Translations under genes and position numbers: made by a program
The notes under the pieces: generated by a model
Database searches by the model: none
What the model saw: only the letters and a program-made list of their open reading frames with translations
Told to the model about the DNA's origin: nothing
Assembly: GCA_964631335.1 (NCBI GenBank)
Contig: CAZVXD010000002.1
Location: 2,073 to 42,520, forward strand
Direction of reading: 5' to 3'
DNA: 40,448 nucleotides
Source: an uncultured bacterium
Lineage (GTDB): Bacteria > Hydrothermota > UBA3072
Shown: positions 9,843 through 19,071 of the stretch, one piece after another
Layout of the letters: each line of letters begins with the position of its first letter
Position numbering within the stretch: position 1 is the first letter of the stretch

Positions 9843-10796
9843 TTAACCTCCTTTACCCTTTGTTTTTTCCCGTAAAACATCTACCGTTACCGCTATTACA
9901 ATTATCACACCCAAAATTACCTGATGCCAGTAAGAAGATACCTGTAAAAGAACCAGAGAATTCCAGACCGCAGTCAAAATACCCGCTCCTATTAAAGCAC
10001 CGAAGATAGTACCGACACCGCCGAACAGGCTGGTACCGCCTATAACCGAAGCAGCTATAGCATACATCTCATAAGTAACACCCACATTGGGATTGCCCTG
10101 TCCAAGCCGGGAAGTAATAAGTATTCCGACTATTCCGGCCATTACCGCGGATAAAACATAAGTAAGAATTCTCGTATTATCCACATTTATTCCCGAAAGT
10201 CTTGCGGCTTCTATATTTCCTCCCACAGCGTAAATATGCCTTCCGTATATTGTCTTACCCAGTAGAAATATCGAAAAACCCGATACGATTATCAGAATAA
10301 TAACAGGGAAAGGGAAAAACTTAAACAACATTCCATGCCATATAAAAGAAAAAGAATCGGGAAGATTTAAGACAGGCTGTCCTTTTGTTATCACCGTAGC
10401 GAGACCTCTACCCATGGCAAAAGTCCCCAGAGTAATTATAAAAGGAGGTACCTTCAACTTGGTAACAAATATTCCGTGCCAGACTCCGATTAATACAGCG
10501 ATTAAAAGCGTCAGGATAATAGCGGCGGCGATTCCCATTCCGCTGGAGATAAAAGTGGCGACAAGAACAGAAGTCAAGACTATTACCGAACCCGGAGAAA
10601 GGTCTATTCCTTCGGTAAGTATAACGAAGGTTTCTCCGATGGCAATAAGTCCGAAAACGGCTATCTGTCTTGACAGAAGTTGAAGATTATACGAGGAAAG
10701 AAAACGGGGATTTACTATGGCTGTAATCAACCATATAAATAAAAGCGCAAATAATATACCTGCTTCCCGAAATTTAAATATTTTCCTCAAATTCAA
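9843..10796 (-). CDS. sugar ABC transporter permease (RbsC/XylH-like)
   Basis: 317 aa, polytopic, BPD_transp_2-type sequence. The ATGA overlap with xylB indicates translational coupling. Confidence 0.9.
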   Translation of the reverse strand: MNLRKIFKFREAGILFALLFIWLITAIVNPRFLSSYNLQLLSRQIAVFGLIAIGETFVILTEGIDLSPGSVIVLTSVLVATFISSGMGIAAAIILTLLIAVLIGVWHGIFVTKLKVPPFIITLGTFAMGRGLATVITKGQPVLNLPDSFSFIWHGMLFKFFPFPVIILIIVSGFSIFLLGKTIYGRHIYAVGGNIEAARLSGINVDNTRILTYVLSAVMAGIVGILITSRLGQGNPNVGVTYEMYAIAASVIGGTSLFGGVGTIFGALIGAGILTAVWNSLVLLQVSSYWHQVILGVIIVIAVTVDVLREKTKGKGG

Positions 10797-12331
10797 GCGT
10801 GCTTCTCGACTATTTTGTTTAACGCCTGGAATCTATCTTTAAGAGCGGGATACAACGAACGGTAAATATTATAATATTCGTTATATTTTTCCACATTATC
10901 CTTATTGGGTTCTGTAGAACTCTTCACTTTTATTATCGCGTCACAGGCATCTTCGATGCTCGAATAGACTCCCGTTCCTTCTCCCGCGAGCAGAGCAACT
11001 CCAAGAGCCCCTCCATCCGTAACATTAATCGTTGTCATAGGCGCGTTATTTATGTCAGCCTGGATCTGCAGCCAGAAAGGCGATTTTGCTCCGCCGCCGG
11101 ATCCCCTAATCTCTTCAACAGAAATATTCAAATCTCTGATAATTTTCAGCGAATCACGCAAACCAAAAGATACACCCTCCAGAACAGAACGGACAAAATC
11201 TCCTTCAGTATGACGGAGACTCAACCCAAAAAACACTCCTCTCGCGTTCGGATCCGCGTATGGGGCTCTTTCTCCGGTAAGATAAGGCAAAAAGATAAGA
11301 CCTTCACTGCCTACAGGAATTTTACCTGCCTTCTCTTCCATTAAAACATAGGGGTCTACACCTTTCTTTTTAGCTTCTTCTTTCAAATCGTTAAACAATG
11401 TATCCCGCAGCCAGCGCAGCGAACCACCGGCGGAAAGCATAACTCCCATCAAATGCCATTTACCTTTAACCGCGTGGCAAAACGTATGCAATGTATGCCC
11501 GGGATCAAGATGGTGCTCATCGCTCACCGCAAAGACGACACCTGAAGTGCCTACAGTAGATGAAATCAACCCTTCTCTCACTATACCTGTACCAACAGCC
11601 TGGGAAGCCTGATCTCCACCACCTCCCACAACCGGAGTTCCTTCCGCGAGTCCGGTCTCTTGACTGGCATTCGCGCTTACCTTTCCGCTGACTACGGAAG
11701 ATTCGAAACACTCGGGTAAAAGATCCTTATCTATATCCAACTCATCTAAAAGTTCATCGGACCATTTCCTGTTTTTAACATCGAGAAAAAGAGTTCCTGA
11801 AGCGTCAGACACTTCGGTAGCAAACTCACCTGTGAGACGAAATCGGATATAATCCTTAGGTAATAGAATCTTATAAATTTTATCATAAACATCGGGTTCG
11901 TGTTCCCTTACCCATAGTAACTTACCCGCGGTAAAACCGGTTAAAGCGGGATTTGAAACAAGTTCTATCAACCTTTCCGCGCCAATTTTCTCCGTAATAT
12001 ACTCACATTGCTTACCTGTCCTTTGATCACACCAGAGTATGGCAGGACGTAAGACTTTATATTCCTTATCGAGTGCTACCAGACCGTGCATTTGGCCGGA
12101 AAGCCCTATACCTTTTATATCTTCCGGTTTCGCAGAAGATTTACTTAAAACCTTCTTAATTGCTTCAACAGTTCCGTTCCACCAATCCTCCGGTTCCTGC
12201 TCAGCCCAGTTGACCTTTGGAGTATGAAGAGGATATTCGACTGTGGCAGATACAATTTCCCCTGCTTTTTCATCCGTAATCAGAACTTTGACTCCGCTTG
12301 TCCCAACATCAAGTCCTAATAAAAAACTCAT
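10793..12331 (-). CDS. xylB: xylulokinase (FGGY carbohydrate kinase)
   Basis: 512 aa. The N-terminal LGLDVGTSGVK and the GGGAKS motif are typical of FGGY kinases, and the length and context fit XylB. SD is GGAG, 5 nt upstream. Confidence 0.88.
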   Translation of the reverse strand: MSFLLGLDVGTSGVKVLITDEKAGEIVSATVEYPLHTPKVNWAEQEPEDWWNGTVEAIKKVLSKSSAKPEDIKGIGLSGQMHGLVALDKEYKVLRPAILWCDQRTGKQCEYITEKIGAERLIELVSNPALTGFTAGKLLWVREHEPDVYDKIYKILLPKDYIRFRLTGEFATEVSDASGTLFLDVKNRKWSDELLDELDIDKDLLPECFESSVVSGKVSANASQETGLAEGTPVVGGGGDQASQAVGTGIVREGLISSTVGTSGVVFAVSDEHHLDPGHTLHTFCHAVKGKWHLMGVMLSAGGSLRWLRDTLFNDLKEEAKKKGVDPYVLMEEKAGKIPVGSEGLIFLPYLTGERAPYADPNARGVFFGLSLRHTEGDFVRSVLEGVSFGLRDSLKIIRDLNISVEEIRGSGGGAKSPFWLQIQADINNAPMTTINVTDGGALGVALLAGEGTGVYSSIEDACDAIIKVKSSTEPNKDNVEKYNEYYNIYRSLYPALKDRFQALNKIVEKHA

Positions 12332-12349
12332 AATAACTCCTTTTTTTTC

Positions 12350-12379
12350 ATTATACTATCATTCATTTTTTGTAAACAA
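12350..12379 (-). promoter_or_regulatory. candidate promoter of the xylB operon (TATAAT -10, weak -35 TTGTTT/TTTACA)
   Basis: The reverse strand reads TTGTTTACAAAAAATGAATGATAGTATAAT, about 18 nt upstream of the xylB SD. Confidence 0.4.
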
Positions 12380-12646
12380 TAATCAAAGACATTTCACATG
12401 AATATATATAATGACAATTACAATTCATGCAAGAGGTTAAACTTAAATAAAAAATCAAATACAAAAACGCAAAATCGCGAATAAAAATAAAAAAAGGTCT
12501 AAAAAAATATAAAAATAAGTAACTTTTTTGAGAAAATAAAGGTTGATGAACGATAATTTGTCAAATATTGAAAAAATAAAAATCCTTTATGAATCTTGAT
12601 GCCTTATCGCCAATTACTTTTTTATTTAAAAAAAAGAAAAATAGCC

Positions 12647-12674
12647 TTGCAAATTTTCTACACTATATTAAAAT
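12647..12674 (+). promoter_or_regulatory. sigma70-type promoter, ccTTGCAA-16-TAAAAT, for the PAS kinase / regulator operon
   Basis: The -10 ends 11 nt before the ATG at 12686, and there is no SD. Confidence 0.5.
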
Positions 12675-12685
12675 TTATAATACAG

Positions 12686-15016
12686 ATGTCAAAAGATGAA
12701 GTTTCGGTAGAAATAAAACAAAAATCCGATAAAAAGGATAATAATTTAAGATATTTGTCTTCAAAAAACAAAAAATCTTTTTTCCTGATCTTCGACAATT
12801 GTCCCTACCCAATTTTTCTCATAAACAAAGAAGGAATAATCGAAGATTTAAATCCGGCTTCTGCCAAACTATTAAAAAGAAAAAAAACGGAAATTCAAAA
12901 CAAAACCTTTCAAAAACTACTAAAAGAAGAATCGGAAAAATCATTTAATGAAAAATTCGACATTTTTATCAAAAAGGATTATAAAAAAATAGAATTTAAC
13001 ATCATTTTTAAGGGTAAAAAAACAGATTCCGACGTTACCTGCTCCGTTTTGCTGGTCAAACACGACAACACCAAAGACGACAGAATCATCCTTTTCGCAC
13101 ATGATATTACCGAGCTGAAAGAAGCACAGAAAGCGGCGGCTTTCAAAAGCAACCTTTTAACCTCTTTACTCGACAACATCCCTGATCATATTTACTTCAA
13201 AGACAAAAAAAGCCGTTTTGTTCAAGCGAGTAAATCTGTGGCAAATCAGTTTGGAGTTAAAAGCGTAAACGAACTTATAGGTAAAACCGATTTCGATTAT
13301 TTTACAAAAGAACACGCCGACCTGGCTTTTAACGATGAACAGGAAATAATAAAAACAGGTAACCCTATAGAAGTAAAAGTAGAAAAAGAAACACATCCGG
13401 ACGGAAGAATAACCTGGGTGTCAACAACCAAAATACCGAGATACGATGAAGAAGGAAATATCATCGGAATTCTTGGTATATCGAGGGACGTGACCAAAAG
13501 AAAAGAGCTGGAAGAAAAGCTGAAGCAGAAACTTGAGAAACTCGGAGAAGAAATTCTATTTAAAAGCCGTTTGCTTACTTCTCTTTTAAATAACATACCG
13601 GATCGCATTTATTTCAAAGACGAAAAAAGCCGATTCATAACCGTAAGTGAATCACTTGTCAGGTGGTTGGGAGCGGTGAACGCCGAAGAGATGATAGGAA
13701 AGACGGACTTTGATTATTTCACAGAAGAACACGCAGAACCAGCTTATGAAGATGAACAAAACGTCATGAAAACAGGTAAACCGATTGAAGGGAAAATGGA
13801 AAAGGAAACGCACTCTGACGGAAGAATAAGCTGGGTTTCAACAACCAAAATACCGAGATACGATGAAGAAGGAAACGTAATGGGAACACTCGGAATATCC
13901 AGAGACATTACGGATAAAGTACTGGCAGAGAAAAAACTCGAAGAAAGCGCGAACAAATTGAAAACCATAGTAAACGCGGTAAGCGAGGGACTGGCGATAA
14001 TCGACGAAAACCATATAATACTGGAAGCTAACGATTTTCTCTGTCAATTATTCGGCTTAAAAAGAGAAAAAGTAATAAACAAGAAATGCCATAAAATCTT
14101 TCCCCCGTGGGAAGAATCCTGCCGGGATTGCCCCCTTAAAAAAGTATTCGATAAAAAAGAAAGTTCCCCTCTAATAGAAAGAACAAAAGTATTAAAGAAC
14201 GGAACAATACAATATTTCAGCATCCAATGTTATCCTATTCCGAATTACAACGAAAAAGAACTTAAAAGCGTTATATCGATAAGAGATATAACCGAACGCA
14301 AAAACATGGAAAAGGAAAACATGCAAAATTACAAGAGAAAAATGAAAAATTTATCTCATAAATTAACTCTGGCGGAAGAACACGAAAGAAAAAGAATCGC
14401 GACCGATCTTCACGCGGACATCGGACAAACACTTGCCTTTTTGCAACTCAAGATTGGCGAACTAAAGGAAAAAAACTCCTCCCCTCAAATACAAAAATCA
14501 CTGCAGGAAATTTACAATCTCGTTCAGGATGCTATCACTTCAGCCCGTTCGCTGATGACACAGATCAGCCCCACGATTCTTTACGAACTCGGCTTTGAAC
14601 CAGCCGTAGACTGGTTAGCTGAAAATATTTTAAAGAAAAATAATATAGAATATGAATTTAACAACGACGGAAAGGAAAAACCGTTAACCGACGATATCGG
14701 CATCTTACTATTCCAGGCTGTTCGAGAATTATTGCTCAATATAAGAAAACACGCTAAGGCTAAAAAAGTAAAAATCTCAATAAAAAGATGCAAAGAAAAT
14801 ATTCAAATAATAATAGCCGATAATGGGATCGGGTTTGACATTTCTTCGTTAGATTCATATTGTGAAAAAGACGTAGGATTTGGCCTTTTAAATATACGTA
14901 GTCGTATCGACGTAGTAGGCGGATCCTTTGAAATAGAATCACACAAAAAAAGGGGAACCAAGATAACATTAAAAGCACCTATAAACACCTCAAAAGGAGT
15001 GTCGAATGAGCATTAA
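12686..15016 (+). CDS. cytoplasmic multi-PAS sensor histidine kinase (HisKA_3 / HATPase_c, NarL-partner type)
   Basis: No TM segment and at least four PAS-like regions. The dimerisation/phospho-acceptor box is HERKRIATDLHADIGQTL, and a GFGL ATPase lid is present. I prefer the ATG at 12686 because the ccTTGCAA/TAAAAT promoter lies inside the ORF-track extension (12596). Confidence 0.85.
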   Translation: MSKDEVSVEIKQKSDKKDNNLRYLSSKNKKSFFLIFDNCPYPIFLINKEGIIEDLNPASAKLLKRKKTEIQNKTFQKLLKEESEKSFNEKFDIFIKKDYKKIEFNIIFKGKKTDSDVTCSVLLVKHDNTKDDRIILFAHDITELKEAQKAAAFKSNLLTSLLDNIPDHIYFKDKKSRFVQASKSVANQFGVKSVNELIGKTDFDYFTKEHADLAFNDEQEIIKTGNPIEVKVEKETHPDGRITWVSTTKIPRYDEEGNIIGILGISRDVTKRKELEEKLKQKLEKLGEEILFKSRLLTSLLNNIPDRIYFKDEKSRFITVSESLVRWLGAVNAEEMIGKTDFDYFTEEHAEPAYEDEQNVMKTGKPIEGKMEKETHSDGRISWVSTTKIPRYDEEGNVMGTLGISRDITDKVLAEKKLEESANKLKTIVNAVSEGLAIIDENHIILEANDFLCQLFGLKREKVINKKCHKIFPPWEESCRDCPLKKVFDKKESSPLIERTKVLKNGTIQYFSIQCYPIPNYNEKELKSVISIRDITERKNMEKENMQNYKRKMKNLSHKLTLAEEHERKRIATDLHADIGQTLAFLQLKIGELKEKNSSPQIQKSLQEIYNLVQDAITSARSLMTQISPTILYELGFEPAVDWLAENILKKNNIEYEFNNDGKEKPLTDDIGILLFQAVRELLLNIRKHAKAKKVKISIKRCKENIQIIIADNGIGFDISSLDSYCEKDVGFGLLNIRSRIDVVGGSFEIESHKKRGTKITLKAPINTSKGVSNEH

Positions 15017-15653
15017 GATAATGGTAGTAGACGAACACAAGATTTTAAGAGAAGGGCTTTCAACTTTAATCGCGAAACAACCCGAAATGGAAATAATAGG
15101 TGAAGCTACAGACGGGAGAGAAGCTTTACAACTATTAGAGAAAAACACACCAGACCTGATATTAATGGACGTGACAATGCCGAACTTAAACGGTATCGAA
15201 GCAACCAGAAAAATCAAAGCTAAAAAACCGGGTATAGAGATAATAGCGCTCTCACTTCATTCCGACAGGAGATACGTGCTGGGTATGATTGACGCGGGTG
15301 CTTCCGGGTATCTGCTTAAAGAATGCGCGTTTGAGGAACTGGTCCGCGCCATAAACACCGTCATGTCTAAGAAGAAATATTTAAGTCCCGGAATATCCGA
15401 TATCCTTATCGACGAATACGTAAAGAAAACCACAACCGATAAACCCACCATTTATTCAAAGTTAACTCCGAGGGAAAGAGAAATTCTTCAGTTAATCGCT
15501 GAAGGTAAAAACACAAAAGAAATTGCCAGATATTTATTTATATCTGTAAAAACCGTAGAAACTCACAGAAGACACATAAAAAAGAAACTAAAAGTTGACA
15601 GTGTAGCCGAACTAACCAAAATAGCTATTAGAGAAGGTCTTACTGTCCTGTAA
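15006..15653 (+). CDS. NarL/LuxR-family response regulator (REC + HTH_LuxR)
   Basis: 215 aa. It has the acidic pocket VVDEH ... LMDVTMP, a C-terminal LTPREREILQLIAEGKNTKEIA helix-turn-helix, and an 11-nt overlap with the kinase gene. Confidence 0.9.
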   Translation: MSIKIMVVDEHKILREGLSTLIAKQPEMEIIGEATDGREALQLLEKNTPDLILMDVTMPNLNGIEATRKIKAKKPGIEIIALSLHSDRRYVLGMIDAGASGYLLKECAFEELVRAINTVMSKKKYLSPGISDILIDEYVKKTTTDKPTIYSKLTPREREILQLIAEGKNTKEIARYLFISVKTVETHRRHIKKKLKVDSVAELTKIAIREGLTVL

Positions 15654-15824
15654 ATTAAAATATAAAAAAATTTAGACTTTCAGCAACCCGCGGCTGAATT
15701 AAAGTAATTCCAATAAAAATCAAATCAGAATAATGCCATAAAAGTTACGCCCTTCCAACCCTCGTAGGGCACGGCTTTAGCTGTGCAAACCTATTGATAA
15801 TTTTGGCACAGCCTCTTCGGTCAC

Positions 15825-15972
15825 TGGTCACTTGTCAAAAAAGCAAAAAAAATTCGTGTTATTCGTGTAATTTGTTGTTGTTCTTTGTTTTAAATTTAAA
15901 ATTTACAACTTGCAATTTTCAATTCACAATTAAACACTGAAATGTTCCTTTGTGTCCTTCGCGTGCTTTGTG
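15825..15972 (+). repeat. left arm of 148-bp inverted repeat bracketing the TRAP operon
   Basis: Base-by-base comparison with the reverse complement of 19072-19219 gives 147/148 identity. The single mismatch is 15835 T versus C. Confidence 0.95.
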
Positions 15973-15980
15973 TGAACTAT

Positions 15981-16012
15981 AGTTTCGAGTTACGCGTTTA
16001 AAGTTTCGGGTT
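15981..16012 (+). repeat. degenerate heptad array (AGTTTCG AGTTACG CGTTTAA AGTTTCG GGTT)
   Basis: Read directly. Its reverse-complement type recurs at 35538. Confidence 0.75.
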
Positions 16013-16027
16013 AAAAAAACAATAGTA

Positions 16028-16050
16028 TCCTTTGTGTAATTCGTTGTTTC
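16028..16050 (+). repeat. TTCGTG..TAATTYGTTG module, short copy
   Basis: The sequence is TCCTTTGTGTAATTCGTTGTTTC. Confidence 0.6.
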
Positions 16051-16078
16051 TTTTAGTTTTTGGGCCGTAGGTGGGCTT

Positions 16079-17371
16079 TTAAAATCCGAACAAACGAGGC
16101 AAAGAAAGTGAGACACCCGGTATATAGGTAATCAAAAGCAAAGCAATTATCATTGCCGCGAACAGAGGCAAAAGACTTTTAAAAACTTCATGTATCTTTC
16201 CATGCCCCACACCGACCCCGACAAAAAGAACAGTTCCTACAGGAGGCGTAACTAAACCTATACAAAGATTAGCGATTATTATTATCCCAAAATGGACCAG
16301 ATCTATACCAAGATACTGTATTATCGGAAGAAATATAGGAGTAAATATCAAAATAGCCGGGGTCATATCCAGAAAAGTACCCACAAACAGCAATAAAAAA
16401 TTGATCATCAGGAGAATAGCTATTTTGTTGCTCGAAATAGACATTATTCCCGAACTTATAAGCTCGGGAACATTCTGAGACGCCATAAACCAGGACATAC
16501 CTGTCGAAGCGCCGATTAAAAGCATAACAACCGAAGTTGTAATTCCGCACTGAAGTAAAATTCCGGGTAAATCCTTCCATTTAACCTCTTTATAAACAAA
16601 AACCGCGAGAATAAAAGCGTAAACAACCGCGATACTAGCCGCTTCCGTGGGAGTAAACATTCCGGAGAGAATTCCACCCATAACTATCAGAATCAACAAT
16701 AAACCCGGCAGCGCTCCGAAAAATCTCCTGATTGTTTCTTTCATGGGAATAATCTTTCCGGTTCCATAACCGCGCTTCTTCGCTATTATAGCGCTCACAA
16801 TCATCAGAAATAATCCCACTAAAATACCGGGGACAATTCCCGCCAGGAAAAGAGCGGCGACAGATACCGAACCTGTAACAAGAGCGTAAACAATCATCAC
16901 ATTACTTGGAGGAATTAAAAGACCGGTTGTGGCGGCGCACGCGGTTAAAGCTATATTAAAATTCTTATCATACCCCTTTCTGTTCATCTCAGGGATCATA
17001 ACTCCTCCGATAGAGGTTACGGCCGCGACCGAAGAACCGGATACCGCTCCAACCAGCATACAGCCCAGAGTATTGACAAAAGCGAGTCCTCCCGTAAATC
17101 TCCCAACCAGAGCTTCCGCGAAATCGACCAGTCTTCTGGCTATTCCACCTCTTCCCAACAGCAAACCCATAAGAATAAAAAACGGTATTGCCAGGAGAGC
17201 AAAACTATCTATACCTGTCGCGAGACGCGGCGCGACTATATCCATAGCGGAAACACCTCCGACTGCCATAACAGCCCATAAGGTCGCGAGACCAATACAT
17301 ACACCAATGGGTACATTCATGGCAAGGAGTATTAAAAAAGTCCCCACCATTACCAGAACAGGCACACTCAT
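16079..17371 (-). CDS. dctM: TRAP transporter large permease subunit
   Basis: 430 aa, polytopic, DctM-type sequence. It overlaps dctQ by 4 nt. Confidence 0.9.
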   Translation of the reverse strand: MSVPVLVMVGTFLILLAMNVPIGVCIGLATLWAVMAVGGVSAMDIVAPRLATGIDSFALLAIPFFILMGLLLGRGGIARRLVDFAEALVGRFTGGLAFVNTLGCMLVGAVSGSSVAAVTSIGGVMIPEMNRKGYDKNFNIALTACAATTGLLIPPSNVMIVYALVTGSVSVAALFLAGIVPGILVGLFLMIVSAIIAKKRGYGTGKIIPMKETIRRFFGALPGLLLILIVMGGILSGMFTPTEAASIAVVYAFILAVFVYKEVKWKDLPGILLQCGITTSVVMLLIGASTGMSWFMASQNVPELISSGIMSISSNKIAILLMINFLLLFVGTFLDMTPAILIFTPIFLPIIQYLGIDLVHFGIIIIANLCIGLVTPPVGTVLFVGVGVGHGKIHEVFKSLLPLFAAMIIALLLITYIPGVSLSLPRLFGF

Positions 17372-17877
17372 CTTGTCCTCTCCTTAATCAAAAACGATAC
17401 ATCTTTGAAAACAAATTCTATAGAGTATGTGATTATAAAAAAAGCGCTTATAGGGAGACAGAGATAAAGATATCCCGTGGGAATTCCCAATGTAGGCAAA
17501 GTTTGATGGTTGACAAACGCGTTCCACACGAAATTTATACCGCCAATCAGCATAACCTGAAACGCGAAATATCCGACCAAGATAGCAATCACTATCTCCA
17601 GCATTCTTCTGTGACGCGCGCTTAATTTGTAGGCAAAATATTCCATACCCACGTGAGCTTTTTGCCCGTAAGCGTACGCGGCGCCGACTATCCCGCACCA
17701 CATCAACATGTAAGTAGAAGATTCTTCAGTCCAAACGGCGGGTACCTTTAAAACGAGACGCGTAAAAACCTGCCAGAGAACGGCTATAACCATTATAGCC
17801 ACAATAGTAATAACAAAAAAACCAAGTATCCTGTTGCGCCAGTCCGACAAAATCTTCAAAAAATTTCTCAGGGACAT
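17368..17877 (-). CDS. dctQ: TRAP transporter small permease subunit
   Basis: 169 aa with 4 predicted TM helices. It lies between dctP and dctM. Confidence 0.85.
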   Translation of the reverse strand: MSLRNFLKILSDWRNRILGFFVITIVAIMVIAVLWQVFTRLVLKVPAVWTEESSTYMLMWCGIVGAAYAYGQKAHVGMEYFAYKLSARHRRMLEIVIAILVGYFAFQVMLIGGINFVWNAFVNHQTLPTLGIPTGYLYLCLPISAFFIITYSIEFVFKDVSFLIKERTR

Positions 17878-17891
17878 ATTATAAAAAACTT

Positions 17892-18902
17892 TTAATCGGA
17901 TAAATCTACGGATTTAATTTTTTCAAGTAAAGGACCTATAACTTCATCTTCAGCGTATTCTTCATACATCGGCTGTACTGCTTCTATAAAAGGAGTCTGG
18001 TCGGGAATTGTCACTTCCACACCTACCGAGTCCAGAAGCTCAAAATTCTCTCTCACAACCTCCGCCCAGAGTTTTCTCTGATACTCCACTGAAACATCAA
18101 AAGTTTTTATCATTATAGCTTTATCCTCTTCACTCAGTTTCTCCCAGGCTTTTTTACCCGCGATCACAACATCCATCGGTGAGGTGTGCTTATCCAGGGA
18201 AAAATATTTACAAACTTCATAATGCCTCGCCGAGACAAAAGAAGGAGGATTGTTTTCGGCTCCGTCCACGGTTCCCTGCTGCAGAGCGGTATAAAGCTCA
18301 CCCCAGCTTATAGGTGTGGGAGAAGCACCCAGTATTTTCAATAAATTTATAGCCATCGGGCTTTTTATAACCCTGATTTTCAAATTCTTTAAATCAGCCG
18401 GTGTTTTAATCGGTCTATTTTTTGTATAAAAACTCCTTTCTCCCGCTTCATAAAAACCGATTCCCACAAGTCCTCTATCCGAACCGGCAGCCAGCAATTC
18501 CTTCCCAAAAGCAGAGTTAAGAACTTTCCATTTATGTTCCTTGCTCTTAAAAATATACGGCATTCCGAGAACTTTCATCTGCGGCACAAAAGCTTCTAAG
18601 CCGGCTGAAGATACTTTGGTCAAATCCAGGGTTCCCATCTGGAGCTGTTCGATTAATTCCTTTTCTCCTCCCAGCTGACCACCCGGATATATTTTTATTA
18701 CTATACGCCCATCGGTGGCTTTGTTTAAAGTGTCAGCCCAGAATTCCATCGCCTTATGTACCGGATGATTTATGTCCAGAGCGTGTCCCAATTTTAAATT
18801 TATTTCACCTTTAGATGTTTCGCCTTTACCTCCGCAACCTGTGGTAATAAGCAGCACTGAAAGAATAAAAACAAAGAAAAAACAATTCCTTAATAACTTC
18901 AT
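17892..18902 (-). CDS. dctP: TRAP transporter substrate-binding lipoprotein (DctP family)
   Basis: 336 aa with a lipobox (ITTGC) and a DctP-family sequence (LKLGHAL... LQQGTVDGAENN). SD is GGGAGG. Confidence 0.9.
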   Translation of the reverse strand: MKLLRNCFFFVFILSVLLITTGCGGKGETSKGEINLKLGHALDINHPVHKAMEFWADTLNKATDGRIVIKIYPGGQLGGEKELIEQLQMGTLDLTKVSSAGLEAFVPQMKVLGMPYIFKSKEHKWKVLNSAFGKELLAAGSDRGLVGIGFYEAGERSFYTKNRPIKTPADLKNLKIRVIKSPMAINLLKILGASPTPISWGELYTALQQGTVDGAENNPPSFVSARHYEVCKYFSLDKHTSPMDVVIAGKKAWEKLSEEDKAIMIKTFDVSVEYQRKLWAEVVRENFELLDSVGVEVTIPDQTPFIEAVQPMYEEYAEDEVIGPLLEKIKSVDLSD

Positions 18903-18949
18903 ATAATACCTCCCGATTGTTAATACATAATATCTTAAAATCTACGACT

Positions 18950-18977
18950 ATACTAATATTTTAGAATTCTTTGTCAA
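18950..18977 (-). promoter_or_regulatory. sigma70-type promoter, ccTTGACA-16-TAGTAT, for dctPQM
   Basis: Read on the reverse strand. It lies inside the inverted-repeat-bounded segment, about 45 nt upstream of the dctP start. Confidence 0.55.
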
Positions 18978-19071
18978 GGCTATTTTGCCGCGAAGGCTCT
19001 AAGACACGAAAAACAACAAAATTAATATTACTGATTAACAAACCACCCCTATCCCTAAAAACTAATTGAAC

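Noticed and set aside
12596-12685. Upstream extensions of ORF-track models at 12596 (kinase), 24957 (lipoprotein), 28435 (LVIVD) and 20974 (kduI).
   Set aside because: The extensions start at TTG/GTG codons that are part of -35 hexamers or the SD, and they contain the promoter of the gene itself. The downstream ATGs give sensible N-termini.
15679-15698. Hairpin TTCAGC-N8-GCTGAA after the response-regulator gene, and the weak CCG/CGG stem plus T7 at 2091-2110, as intrinsic terminators.
   Set aside because: The stems are short (6 bp AT-rich, 3 bp) and the first lacks a U-tract. They are not convincing enough to annotate.
15919-16116. ORF-track frames lying in spacers: 15919..16116, 19104..19397, 2867..3178, 39365..39568, 39425..39664, 23469..23654, 26921..27205, 37460..37708, 29229..29468, 32177..32404 and 35379..35579.
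   Set aside because: They run through the repeat mosaics and often overlap real genes or promoters. Their low-complexity peptides (TNYTNSTN, HKAREGHKG, NHETYEIYENP) are translations of the periodic modules. Two of them would be duplicated by the 148-bp inverted repeat. None has an SD.
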